Positions 19,765-29,305 are shown, counted from the whole stretch's first letter. The stretch: 63,816 nucleotides of DNA, filler included, from Candidatus Rokuibacteriota bacterium (GCA_031406795.1; 7 parts of 7 records of this genome joined end to end with filler, not necessarily neighbours in it); one strand, 5' to 3'. The notes: generated by a model from the letters alone, not told the origin. Numbers and translations: made by a program.

Positions 19765-20816
19765 CGCCCGGTGCGTCGTGTGGCTGCGCCGATTGCGGCC
19801 AAGAAGACGGGGCCGAGTTCTTCGATGCCGGCCTCCCGCCCCACGCCCGGGTCGAGCGGAACGATCTGCCAGGGTTGATCGACGCTCGACTCCAGCCGCA
19901 GCGCCTCGGAGAAATAGCGGGCGATCCCCGGCATGAGCGCGGTGCCGCCGCACAGCCGGACCGCGGTGAAAGAGGCGTCGCGATACTGCGCCTGATAGTA
20001 GTCGAACGACCGCTGGACCTCGACCGCAATCCGCTCCAGGACCTGCTCGAGAATCTGGCGAACTTTTTCCCCCTCCGGCCCTGCACCCGCCAGTCCCAGG
20101 CGGTGTTTGAGTTCGTCCGCCTGCGGGGGGGCGAGATCGAGGACGTCGGCCAGCGCCTGCGACAGGTCGTTTCCGCCGATGGCGATGTCCCGCGTGAAGC
20201 AGAGATGACGCTGCTGAAACAGGTGGATCCCGGTGCTGGTAGCGCCCAGATCGAGCAGGGCGCGGCAACCGCCGGCGTCCCAGGGATCGTGCAGGTCGGT
20301 GTACGCCAGCAGCGCCATGGCGCGAATGTCGATCGCCGCGAGTTGCAGGCCGATCCGGGCGAAATTCTCCACCCAGCGGTCCACCGTGGCTCGCGGCACC
20401 ATGGCGGCCACGATCAGCTGCTGCCCTTCGGGGAGTGCCGGAGCCGGCTCGTACGCGACGAAATCGGTGACCAGGTCCTCCGCGGGGAGCGAAGCGTGCT
20501 TCGCGGCCTCCCAGGCGACTGCCTGGGCCAACTCCTCGCGCGGCATTTTCGGCAGGGAGAAGAACCGGACGCTTGCCGATCTGCCGGGGAGAATGAGGCT
20601 CGCCGGCTCCTTCAGCAGGCCATTGCGCTCGAGGAGTTCTTTCACCAGCGAGACGAGTTCTTCCTCCCCCGTGTCCTCCTCGGCGGGAAGTCGCGAATAG
20701 GCAACCCTGATGGCTTTGAGTCCCGCCGACGAACGTTCGAGCTTGACCGCCTTCAGGGAGAACGAACCGATGTCAATCCCGAGGGTCAACCTCGCCGACC
20801 GGAAACCAAGTCTCAT
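19761..20816 (-). CDS. pilM: Type IV pilus assembly protein PilM
   Basis: GIDIGSFSLKAV, LDLGATST, RSFDYY, LCGGTA actin-like motifs. Confidence 0.92.
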   Translation of the reverse strand: MRLGFRSARLTLGIDIGSFSLKAVKLERSSAGLKAIRVAYSRLPAEEDTGEEELVSLVKELLERNGLLKEPASLILPGRSASVRFFSLPKMPREELAQAVAWEAAKHASLPAEDLVTDFVAYEPAPALPEGQQLIVAAMVPRATVDRWVENFARIGLQLAAIDIRAMALLAYTDLHDPWDAGGCRALLDLGATSTGIHLFQQRHLCFTRDIAIGGNDLSQALADVLDLAPPQADELKHRLGLAGAGPEGEKVRQILEQVLERIAVEVQRSFDYYQAQYRDASFTAVRLCGGTALMPGIARYFSEALRLESSVDQPWQIVPLDPGVGREAGIEELGPVFLAAIGAATRRTGR

Positions 20817-20917
20817 GGCGGTTCACACCTCTGTTCTTGGAAAGTTCAAGAACACAGTAACATCCCACGACCCACCCAGTCGATATTACACTCTTTTTTC
20901 CACCCGAGCGATGTCTG

Positions 20918-21703
20918 TCATCGCCGCAGACGCTCGTTGACGCGCCCGACCAGATCTTTTTCATCCGCAGCGGCGTTCTCGAGAAACTTCCGGTAGTGGG
21001 CCAACGCCTCGACTCGCCTGCCGAGCTTGTCGAACGTGATGGCAATGTTGAGATGGGCGGCGCCGTACCCCGGCCTTGACCTCAGGGCCTGCTCGAAGGA
21101 TTCGAGCGCCTCGCGCTGATGGCCCTCCTCGCTCAAGCAGAGGCCAAGATTGTTGAGCGCTTCCGGATATCCGGGCCGCAGTGCAAGGGCGCGGAGGAAC
21201 TCTTTCCTGGCCGCCGCGCGGTCGCCCCCGGCCTGGAGGACCATCCCAAGGTTGTTGTGCGCCTCCGGCATGGCGGGGGCGAGGTGCAGGGCCCGTTCGA
21301 GCAAGCGGCGGGATGCTTCCGTTCGGCCCTCCCGGAAAGCCGCCACCGCCCGGGCGTTGAGGCTCGCCGGCTCGGCGGCAGCGTCGGGTTCCGGCGGCGC
21401 GCTGGCGGTGACCGCCGCCGCCGGGGGGGAGGCCCCGGCCGATCGATCCAGGGCGCTGGGCGCCGGCGAAAGAAGGGTGGTGATCGCGCCGGGCGCTGAC
21501 GACCTCTCGGGCGGTGGGACCCGATGGCGGGACCAGGAGAGGCCGAGCAGGAGCAGGACGGCTGCTCCGAGGACGGCGACGGCGCCATGACGCAGCCGTC
21601 GTGATGGCGCCGCGGGAGCAGTGACTGCGACCGCAGCCTGGGGGATGAGCCCCGCCGAGCGTTCCCGTTCGGCCCTCTTGAGCGCTTCGTGAATGACGCT
21701 CAC
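20918..21703 (-). CDS. Membrane-anchored TPR protein (MshN/GspB-like)
   Basis: SVIHEALKRAERER N-terminus, TM helix, AHNNLG TPR repeats. Confidence 0.8.
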   Translation of the reverse strand: MSVIHEALKRAERERSAGLIPQAAVAVTAPAAPSRRLRHGAVAVLGAAVLLLLGLSWSRHRVPPPERSSAPGAITTLLSPAPSALDRSAGASPPAAAVTASAPPEPDAAAEPASLNARAVAAFREGRTEASRRLLERALHLAPAMPEAHNNLGMVLQAGGDRAAARKEFLRALALRPGYPEALNNLGLCLSEEGHQREALESFEQALRSRPGYGAAHLNIAITFDKLGRRVEALAHYRKFLENAAADEKDLVGRVNERLRR

Positions 21704-23355
21704 GGGGCCCTCAGCAGGGACGGGATCGCCTGATTGCCGAGTCGGCGCAGCAGCAGCCGCGTTTCGAAGCCGACGATCCCATCCTTCCCGATGCCGTACT
21801 TGTGCTGCAGGGCGAGTACCGCTTCCAGCGTTTCCCGGCCGTAGACGCCGTCGTGGCTGCCGCGCAGGTACCCGGCGCGTCGGAGTTCCTTCTGCAGCGC
21901 GAGCACGCCCGGTCCCTTATCGCCGGGACGCAGCGGCGGAGCGAGTGTGTCTTTCGGCACCAGGAAGAAGAACGATCCCCGGATACTTTTCAGCCACTCG
22001 GCGAGCGGCAGGACGCGGCGGCCCGCGACGGGGTCGAGGATGACGGCCAGGGTCTCCTGCAGGCCGGCGAGGACCACGAAACGGTGACCTTCGGCCGATT
22101 TTTCGGAGGCCAGGCAGGGGAGGTTCGTGGTGCGCAGGGAGGCCGTGGTGGCCGGCAGCGCGAGGATTTCCATCCCGTGGCTCTCAGCCAGGCCCGATTT
22201 CAGAAAGAACGCCGGCAGCGAGGAGTCCTTGAGGCTGACGAAGTGCCACGACCGCACCTCGGCGGCGAGCCGCTCCAGCTTCCACCGCTCGGCGAGCGTC
22301 GCCAGAGAGGCGCTAAGGGTCCCGCCGTCCGAGGGGGCTTCGGTGCCCGGCGTCGGGGTGAGCGGCTGCTGCGGGGACTCCACGGGCGCCGGGGCGCTCC
22401 GGGGCATGGCCGGGGCGGTTGCCGCCGGAGGCCAGGGCCGGGAGAGCGGGTACTCCTGTCGGAGCACAAAGCCGGCCGCGGCCGCCGCCAGCAGCAGCGG
22501 CACTGCCCAGCGGAGGATGGACGTCAGGCGCCGCCGACTATGGCCCGGTGTCGTCTGCAGATCCCGCCATGCCCGGTAGACGAGCCGGAGGCCGATCCGC
22601 TTGCGGCCGGCGGCAAAGGCGGCAAGCAGCGCGCGGTCGCACAGCGCGTTGATCTCCCGAGGGTAGCCCCGGCTCAGGCGGGAGACCGCGCGCAGCGCAG
22701 CGGCGGAGAAGAGTTCCGGGCGCTCGCGGCCGGAGGCCACGCGCAGTCGGTGAGCGACGTAGATCCGGATTTCCCGCGGGACCAGCGGTTGCAGATTGCA
22801 GCGGATGGCGATGCGCTGGTTTACCTGGCGCAGCTGCGGCTGGCGCAACTTGTCGAGCAGCTCCGGCTGTCCGACGAGGACCATTTGCAGCAGCTTCTCG
22901 CGATCCGTCTCGAGATTGGAGAGCAGTCGCATCTCCTCCAGCGAGCGGTCCGGAAGCGTCTGCGCCTCGTCGATGATCAGGACCACGTGCTCTCCCTGCC
23001 GCAGTTTCGCGAGCAGGAACCGGTTCAGGGATTCGATCAGATCGGCCTTTTCACCGCTCGCGGCGGCGATGCCGAAGTCCGCGACGATCGCCCGCAATAA
23101 CTCCAGGGGTTCGAAGCACGGGTTCAGAATCAACGCGGTGCTGGTCTTTTCCCCGAGACGATCGAGCAGGGCCCGGCAGAGCAGCGTCTTTCCGGTTCCC
23201 ACCTCCCCGGTGACCATCACGAAGCCCTGCCGCTGCTCGATGCCGTAACAGAGACTCGAGAGGGCCTGCTCGTGCGGGTTGCCGAGGTAGAAGAAGCGCG
23301 GGTCGGGCGTGACGCCGAAGGGGGCTTCGCGGAAACCGAACGCGTCAAGGTACAT
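21700..23355 (-). CDS. exeA: ExeA/GspA/MshM AAA ATPase with C-terminal peptidoglycan-binding domain
   Basis: MYLDAFGFREAPFGVTPDPRFF, GEVGTGKT, IIDEAQ, DGVYGRET...DGIVG. Confidence 0.88.
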   Translation of the reverse strand: MYLDAFGFREAPFGVTPDPRFFYLGNPHEQALSSLCYGIEQRQGFVMVTGEVGTGKTLLCRALLDRLGEKTSTALILNPCFEPLELLRAIVADFGIAAASGEKADLIESLNRFLLAKLRQGEHVVLIIDEAQTLPDRSLEEMRLLSNLETDREKLLQMVLVGQPELLDKLRQPQLRQVNQRIAIRCNLQPLVPREIRIYVAHRLRVASGRERPELFSAAALRAVSRLSRGYPREINALCDRALLAAFAAGRKRIGLRLVYRAWRDLQTTPGHSRRRLTSILRWAVPLLLAAAAAGFVLRQEYPLSRPWPPAATAPAMPRSAPAPVESPQQPLTPTPGTEAPSDGGTLSASLATLAERWKLERLAAEVRSWHFVSLKDSSLPAFFLKSGLAESHGMEILALPATTASLRTTNLPCLASEKSAEGHRFVVLAGLQETLAVILDPVAGRRVLPLAEWLKSIRGSFFFLVPKDTLAPPLRPGDKGPGVLALQKELRRAGYLRGSHDGVYGRETLEAVLALQHKYGIGKDGIVGFETRLLLRRLGNQAIPSLLRAP

Positions 23356-23433
23356 TTCGGAAAGTGTAAAGGATATCGGCCTTCGGGGACAGAATTGAAT
23401 TCCGGCCCCGGGCGTCACGGGAGCTGCGGCATC

Positions 23434-23461
23434 CTGGATCCGCGCGTACGCGCGGATCCAG
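23434..23461. repeat. Perfect 28-bp palindrome CTGGATCCGCGCGTACGCGCGGATCCAG; related copies at 7070-7091, 7248-7268 and 9184-9203
   Basis: Read directly from the sequence; intergenic, upstream of exeA. Confidence 0.8.
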
Positions 23462-23547
23462 CTGAACGCAGGCATCTCAACTCACCGGGAAAAGCCTGAT
23501 TTCGCTCACGAAGAGCAGAAGGGGCAGCGGATTTGGGGGCAGCCCGG

Positions 23548-23581
23548 AAAAAAAGAACCGGCCGTCGGGGACGGCCGGTTC
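23548..23581 (-). terminator. Rho-independent terminator after the major pilin
   Basis: 12-bp stem GAACCGGCCGTC/GACGGCCGGTTC followed by a U7 tract on the minus strand. Confidence 0.85.
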
Positions 23582-23606
23582 GCGAGTGCGGGTGAACCGC
23601 GATGAA

Positions 23607-23990
23607 TTACTGGAAGGTTCCCGATGCGGCGGTGTAGGTGTACGAGCCGCCGGCGGGGCCGACGAAGAGATTCGCGGCGCCTCTGGTCCAATCCGCGTCG
23701 ACTCCGGGAGAAATCACGTTGCTGAACAGCAGGTTCCCCGGTGCGGCGGCTCCGACCGCACCGCCGAGATCCGCGGGAAAATTCGTGGAACCGGCGAGAA
23801 GGTTGCTGGCGTATGAGATCGCGATGCCACCCCGCACTCCGCCGACCACTCCCTTTTCGGCGGCGGCCTTGGCCTTGGCGCTCATGTCGTAGAACTTCGG
23901 GATGGCCGTCGCGGCCAGGATGCCCAGCACCAGGATGATGATGACCAGCTCGATGAGCGTGAAACCATCCTGACTTCTCAGCCGTTTCAT
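23607..23990 (-). CDS. Major type IV pilin (MshA/PilA-like)
   Basis: QDG|FTLIELVIIILVLGILAATAIPKF; AGGAGG RBS; own promoter and terminator. Confidence 0.9.
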   Translation of the reverse strand: MKRLRSQDGFTLIELVIIILVLGILAATAIPKFYDMSAKAKAAAEKGVVGGVRGGIAISYASNLLAGSTNFPADLGGAVGAAAPGNLLFSNVISPGVDADWTRGAANLFVGPAGGSYTYTAASGTFQ

Positions 23991-24032
23991 AATGCTCCTC
24001 CTGTCAATACTGCAACGGCCCCGGTGGGCCTC

Positions 24033-25568
24033 CTAAATACTTTTTTGAACATAAGTATCAGGGATAAGTTTGTCAAGCGACAGCGACCAGGACTGGGCGT
24101 CGTCGCACGCGGGAAACACAGGCGCCTGGAAGCTCGCGCCCGCCCCGGCCAGGATACGGCAGACCCCTTCGCGGGCGAGGGGATGCTCTGGCTGCAGCCG
24201 GAGGGCCTGCCGGAAATGCTCCTCGGCACCCGCCGGGGCGCCGGTTCGCTCGAGCAGCGATCCGAGCAGGACATGCGTCTCGGCCCGGCCCGGCTGCAGT
24301 TCCAGAGCCCGGCGATAGTGCTGCATGGCCTTCGCCGCGTTTCCCTGGGTCTCCAGCGCGACGGCCATGCCGAGGTGTCCATCGGGGTAGAGAGGATTGA
24401 TCGCCAGACCCCGGGTGAATTCGACGACGGCTTCGTCGATTCTCGCGACCTGGAGCAGTTCGCCTGCCAGGCAGAAGCGCATCATGTAGGTGTCTCCTCC
24501 CGCGCTGAGCGCCTGCCGGAACAGGCTCTCGCCGTCGCGCCACACCGAAAGGTAGCGTTGGGTGGCGACGGAGAAGACCAGGGCCGCGGTCACGCCGACC
24601 CCGACGAGGACGGTCCTCGTCAGCCGCCGGCTCCGCGCGGCGTCCGCCGCCAACCAGACGGCGGCGAGAATCGCGCCGATGGACGGGAGGTAGGTGTAGC
24701 GGTCCGCCCAGGGCTGGTACCCGACCTGGACGATGCCGAGAACCGGGAGCAGCGCGATCAGGTACCAGACCCACCCGGCCAGAAGGTAGGGGCGTCGGCG
24801 GCGCCAGAGCAGCGCCGCCACGGTCACCAGGATCAGCAGCAGCACGGCCCCGGCGCCCGCCGGCACGCCGATGCCGCCGCGGGGCCGCGCATAGTACATC
24901 GACAGAGCTGCCGGCCAGACGATCTTCGACAGGTAGATCAGCAATGCGATGGCGGCGTTGGTCAGCCGTCTGACGATCGGCAGGGACGTCAACGGAACGA
25001 CCGCCCCGCCGAAGACCTGGGCCTGGTAGGTGATGGCGGCCGAGAGCGTCGAGAGAAGCAGGAACGGCACTTTCTCCAGAAGCAGCCGAACGACGCGCGC
25101 GCCGGGCCGGGCGGTCCCCGCGGTTCTGCCGAGGGGCCACCAGTCGAGCAGCAGGAGGATCAGGGGCAGGGTCACCAGCATCGGTTTGGCCATCAGTCCG
25201 AGCGCGAAGCTGACCACCGCCAGCGCGAGGCGCCCCGGCCCCGGCCGCCGCACGTGTCGCAGATAGGCCAGCAGCGTGAGCATCCAGAAACACGCGGAGA
25301 GGACGTCCTTGCGTTCGGCGGCCCAGGCCACCGACTCGACTCGCAGCGGGTGCACGGCGAAGAGAACCGCGGTGAAGAATGCCGGCCAGATCGCGCCGGT
25401 CAGCCGCTGCAGCAGCACAAAGAGCAGGGCCGCCGCAGTGGCGTGGTAGACGACGTTCATCACGTGCGGGCCGATGGGCAGGGGGCCGAAGACCCGGACG
25501 TCCAGCATGTGCGACAACCAGGTCAGCGGGTGCCAGTTGGCGCAATCGAACGAGGTGAAGGCCCAGCG
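24033..25568 (-). CDS. Polytopic membrane protein with C-terminal TPRs (TMTC/GT-C-like protein glycosyltransferase), 5' truncated
   Basis: ANWHPLTWLSHMLD, FAVHPLRVESVAWAAERKDVL, LMAKPMLVTLP, ADRYTYLP, then TPRs. Confidence 0.8.
   Translation of the reverse strand, partial: RWAFTSFDCANWHPLTWLSHMLDVRVFGPLPIGPHVMNVVYHATAAALLFVLLQRLTGAIWPAFFTAVLFAVHPLRVESVAWAAERKDVLSACFWMLTLLAYLRHVRRPGPGRLALAVVSFALGLMAKPMLVTLPLILLLLDWWPLGRTAGTARPGARVVRLLLEKVPFLLLSTLSAAITYQAQVFGGAVVPLTSLPIVRRLTNAAIALLIYLSKIVWPAALSMYYARPRGGIGVPAGAGAVLLLILVTVAALLWRRRRPYLLAGWVWYLIALLPVLGIVQVGYQPWADRYTYLPSIGAILAAVWLAADAARSRRLTRTVLVGVGVTAALVFSVATQRYLSVWRDGESLFRQALSAGGDTYMMRFCLAGELLQVARIDEAVVEFTRGLAINPLYPDGHLGMAVALETQGNAAKAMQHYRRALELQPGRAETHVLLGSLLERTGAPAGAEEHFRQALRLQPEHPLAREGVCRILAGAGASFQAPVFPACDDAQSWSLSLDKLIPDTYVQKSI
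24048..24076 (-). promoter_or_regulatory. Sigma70-type promoter for the pilin (TTGACA-N17-TATGTT)
   Basis: Consensus -35 and 17-bp spacer about 60 bp upstream of the pilin ATG, inside the 3' tail of the upstream gene. Confidence 0.6.
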
Positions 25569-25570
25569 CA

Positions 25571-25670
25571 NNNNNNNNNNNNNNNNNNNNNNNNNNNNNN
25601 NNNNNNNNNNNNNNTTAATTAATTAANNNNNNNNNNNNNNNNNNNNNNNNNNNNNNNNNNNNNNNNNNNN
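25571..25670. other. Artificial contig spacer
   Basis: N-TTAATTAATTAA-N. Confidence 0.98.
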
Positions 25671-26626
25671 GCGGCCAGCTTGGCCTCATCGACGAACATC
25701 TCGATGAAGTCCTGGTTGTCCGAGAGATGTGGAAGGATCTTCTTGATGGCGACGATCTTCTGGAAACCTTCCTCGCCGCGTTTCCTTGCCTTCCACACCT
25801 CGGCCATCCCGCCGGTGGCGATCTTTTCGAGGAGGACGTACGGGCCGAAGCGGACGCCGTCGGTCGGCTCGGGCTCTTCCTTCGCGGGGGCAAGAGGCTC
25901 GAACACCGGCGGTGGGGCGGTGAACACGCGGTCGGGTGCGGTCTGGTAAGTGGGTGCGGACTCGAGCGGTGAAGCAGGCTTTGCTACGCCGGGCGTCGTT
26001 TTCCTCTTCTCCAGCCCAGACAGCGAGTCGTTGAGAATCTTGTCCAGCTCCGCCTGGCTGGTCTTCGGCCGCGGCACAGCCGTGGTGCCAGGCATGGTCG
26101 ACTCCCTCTTTTTCGGCATCACGCCGGCGAGGCTGTCGGCCACGAGTTTGTCGATGTCGCCTTTCGAGCTCACCGGTCGTCTGGGAGTAGCGGCCACCGG
26201 CGCCCTGGCCTCTTCGAGAACATCGCCGAAGATGTCGTCGGAGGTGAACTTGTTCTCCGCCGGCGAGGCGAGCATCTGCTGGACCTTGCCGAGAAATTCG
26301 CTTTCCGAGAATGGCTTGGGGAGGATGTCGGAGGCGCCCAGCCGGACCGCGTCCTGCTGCGGGAACTTGCCGTTGTAACCGGAGACCGTCAGAAGGATGG
26401 GGGTCTGTGCGCCCCTGCCGCGGATGGCGCGGATCAGGTCGGGGGTGCTGATCTTCGGGATGACCGAGGAGAGTACGACCAGGCTGACCTGCAGGGAGTC
26501 GAGCGCGCGGAGCGCCTCCTCGCCGTCCTTCGCGAAAGAGGCAGTGATGGGCTGCCCGGCCAAGGCTTGCCGCACCCGGTCGTTATAACGAGGTTCGTAC
26601 TCGACGACGAGGATGTCTTCAGCCAT
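25671..26626 (-). CDS. Pseudo-receiver domain fused to a Ser/Thr protein kinase, 3' truncated
   Basis: N-terminal REC-like fold (LPKPF); kinase start FGPYVLLEKIATGGMAEVWKA...VAIKKILPHL...MFVDEAKLA. Confidence 0.85.
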
Positions 26627-26926
26627 AGGAAGGATCGAAAGTCGGTGAATTGTAACCGGAAGTCAGAAGCAGGGCTCAGGGCTCAGGGCTCGAGGCAGTT
26701 TTGACACCGCGCACTCGAGTCCGGCGGCAACTCTTCTGAGCCTTGAGAATTGAGCCCTGCCTCTTTCTTCTTGCTTTTTCCCCAAAAGGTCGTTGATACT
26801 ACGCCCGCACCTACTGCGACGATCAAAAAAGAGCAACCTGCCAGGCGTTTGAGAAGTCGATTTCTCCGCCGCAAATCGTCGATTCCAAGGGACCACAGGT
26901 GAAAAGCTTAGTGCTTTTAAGTTTGC

Positions 26927-27229
26927 ATGACGCCAGACAATCGAACCCCGCGTAAGCGCCGACGCCGCAGAGGCGGCCGCCCGCAGAGCGAAGCCGGCAC
27001 CGTTCCGGCCTCGCCAGGCAATGAACCAATGTCCGAACCAGGCAATCAATCAGATAATCCTTCTCAGTCGCAGCAACCAGGCGGAGAGCGGCAACCATTC
27101 GGTCGCCGCCGTCGCCGCTCCAGACGCCGGGGCCGCCAGAATGGTCGCGAAAACGGTGACGGCGGTTCATCGTCGGCGCCGATCGACGTCGCCCCGGGCG
27201 AGTTGGTCGCAGCCGCTGGTGTCCTCTAC
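26927..27229 (+). CDS. Probable transcription termination factor Rho, low-complexity N-terminal extension (3' truncated)
   Basis: Arg/Gln/Gly-rich RRRRRGGR extension ending in AGVLY, resembling the start of the Rho RNA-binding domain. Confidence 0.4.
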
Positions 27230-27329
27230 NNNNNNNNNNNNNNNNNNNNNNNNNNNNNNNNNNNNNNNNNNNNTTAATTAATTAANNNNNNNNNNNNNNN
27301 NNNNNNNNNNNNNNNNNNNNNNNNNNNNN
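27230..27329. other. Artificial contig spacer
   Basis: N-TTAATTAATTAA-N. Confidence 0.98.
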
Positions 27330-27525
27330 CCACCGAGTACTCCAGGATGTCGGCCGCGCTGACCTGCCCCGGCGCGACGTTGCGGGCCAGCAGGAAGCGG
27401 TCGCTGTGCTGGTTGTGGCGCGCGCTGACATGGCCAAAGGCATCGACGATCCTCTGGTGGAAGAGGATGCGATTGGCGTCCACCAAGTCTTCGATCAGCT
27501 GGGGATGGGCAGTGGTCTGGTTCAT
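27330..27525 (-). CDS. Class II aldolase/adducin family protein, N-terminus only
   Basis: LVDANRILFHQRIVDAFGHVSARH. Confidence 0.8.
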
Positions 27526-27583
27526 GTTGCCAGGGTATACCGAGTTGGGCGGCGGGAGACCCGGCCGCAGTACAGTGCAGCGC

Positions 27584-28586
27584 ATGAAAATCCTGGTCAC
27601 CGGGAGCTCGGGACATCTGGGCGAGGCGATGGTCCGGCGTCTGGTGCAGTTGCAGCACACGGTCGTGGGCGTGGACGTCGTGCCGTCCCCTTTCACGACT
27701 CACGTGGCGTCGATTGCCAGCAGGGATGTTGCACGCGAGTGCATGCGTGGCGTGGCGTGGATGCGGTAATCCACTCGGCCACACTGCACAAGCCACACGT
27801 GGCCACACACAGCCGTCAGGCTTTCATCGACACCAACATCACCGGCACACTCAACCTGCTCGAGGAAGCCGTGGCCGCTCGGGTCGGTGCTTTCATCTTC
27901 ACCAGCACGACCGGCACGTTCGGTGACGCCCTGACACCGCCCGCAGATGCACCGGCGGCCTGGATCACGGAAGAGGTCAGTCCGAGGTCAGTCCGCGCCC
28001 GAAGAACATCTATGGCGCCACCAAGACGGCCGCAGAGGATCTGTGCCAGCTGTTCAGCCGGAATCACGCTCTTCACTGCCTCGTGCTTCGCACCTCCCGC
28101 TTCTTCCCCGAGGTGGACGACAACGAAGAGGTCCGCTCCGCGCTAGCCGACGCCAACATCAAGGCCAACGAATTCCTTCATCGGCGCGTCGATATTGAGG
28201 ACGTTGTTTCAGCGCACGTTCTGGCGCTCGAAATGGCACCGCAACTTCACTTTGACAAGTTCATCATCAGCGCCACAACGCCCTTCACTCCATCTGACTT
28301 GGGCGGGCTGCGAACGGATGCCGCGGCCATTCTCAGGAGACGAGTGCCCGAGTTTGAAGCGATCTATTCCGCCAGAGGCTGGAAGCTGCCAACCGAGATT
28401 GATCGTGTGTACGTCAACGATCGCGCCCGCAGTCGCCTTGGATGGGCTCCCTTGTACGACTTCGGGCGCGTTCTGAGGCATCTGGCAGACGGCCGGGAGC
28501 CGCGCAGCGATCTCGCCCGAGTCGTCGGCAGCAAGGGCTATCACGGCGACCATCAATTCAAAGACCGTCCGTATCCTGTCGAATGA
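27584..28586 (+). pseudogene. NAD-dependent epimerase/dehydratase broken by two frameshifts
   Basis: MKILVTGSSGHLG; HSATLHKPH in a second frame; YGATK and LRTSRFFPE in a third; shifts coincide with 5-bp and 11-bp tandem duplications. Confidence 0.8.
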
Positions 28587-28687
28587 AGCCTTTGAGCAGA
28601 TCACATGGTACGCAGACGCCGCCTAACCATTAATTAGAGCGGACTCAGTGACAGGCCGCGCCACACCGCGCTTACTCGCAGCAGTAC

Positions 28688-28708
28688 AGTACCTGATCGT
28701 GGTACTAT
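28688..28708 (+). promoter_or_regulatory. hicAB operator palindrome AGTACC-N7-GGTACT overlapping -10 TACTAT
   Basis: Inverted repeat immediately upstream of the hicA GTG. Confidence 0.55.
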
Positions 28709-28714
28709 TTTCGT

Positions 28715-28969
28715 GTGAAGCGGAAGCACCGGCGCACTCTCGAACTGATCTTCGCCCGCCCCGCGAGTGGAAACGTCCAGTGGCGCGATGTCGAAGCGCT
28801 GTTTGTAGAACTGGGCGCCGAAGTCAGCGAGCGAGAAGGTAGTCGTGTAGCTGTGGTCTTGTTCGAAGAAGTGCGAGTATTTCACCGACCGCACCCCTCA
28901 CCGAATACGGACAAGGGCGCAGTAGCAAGCGTCCGCAAGTGGTTGGAACAACACGGAGTGGAACCATGA
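28715..28969 (+). CDS. hicA: HicA-family toxin
   Basis: KHRRTLELIFARP, EREGSRV, FHRPHP; ATGA-coupled to hicB. Confidence 0.9.
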   Translation: MKRKHRRTLELIFARPASGNVQWRDVEALFVELGAEVSEREGSRVAVVLFEEVRVFHRPHPSPNTDKGAVASVRKWLEQHGVEP

Positions 28970-29298
28970 ATGTAATGACGGTGGACGGCTATCGCGCGAA
29001 GATCGAATACGACGACGAACTCGATCTCTTTCGAGGTGAGATTCTTGGTCTGAGCGGTGGCGCCGACTTCTACGGCAAGAACCCGAAGGAACTTCGGACC
29101 GAGTTCAAGAAATCGCTCCAAGTCTTCCTGGAGGTGTGCAAGGAGAAAGGCCTTGAACCAAGGCGCCATTTCTCAGGCAAATTCAACCTGCGTATCTCAC
29201 CCGAGTTGCATGAGCGGCTTGCTATCGAAGCACAGGCTCAGGGAAAGAGCATCAACACTCTTGCCCAAGAGGCGTTGCAAGAACGGGTCGCTTCCTGA
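28966..29298 (+). CDS. hicB: HicB-family antitoxin
   Basis: GYRAKIEYD, FSGKFNLRISPELH, ribbon-helix-helix tail. Confidence 0.92.
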   Translation: MNVMTVDGYRAKIEYDDELDLFRGEILGLSGGADFYGKNPKELRTEFKKSLQVFLEVCKEKGLEPRRHFSGKFNLRISPELHERLAIEAQAQGKSINTLAQEALQERVAS

Positions 29299-29305
29299 GG
29301 GAAGC

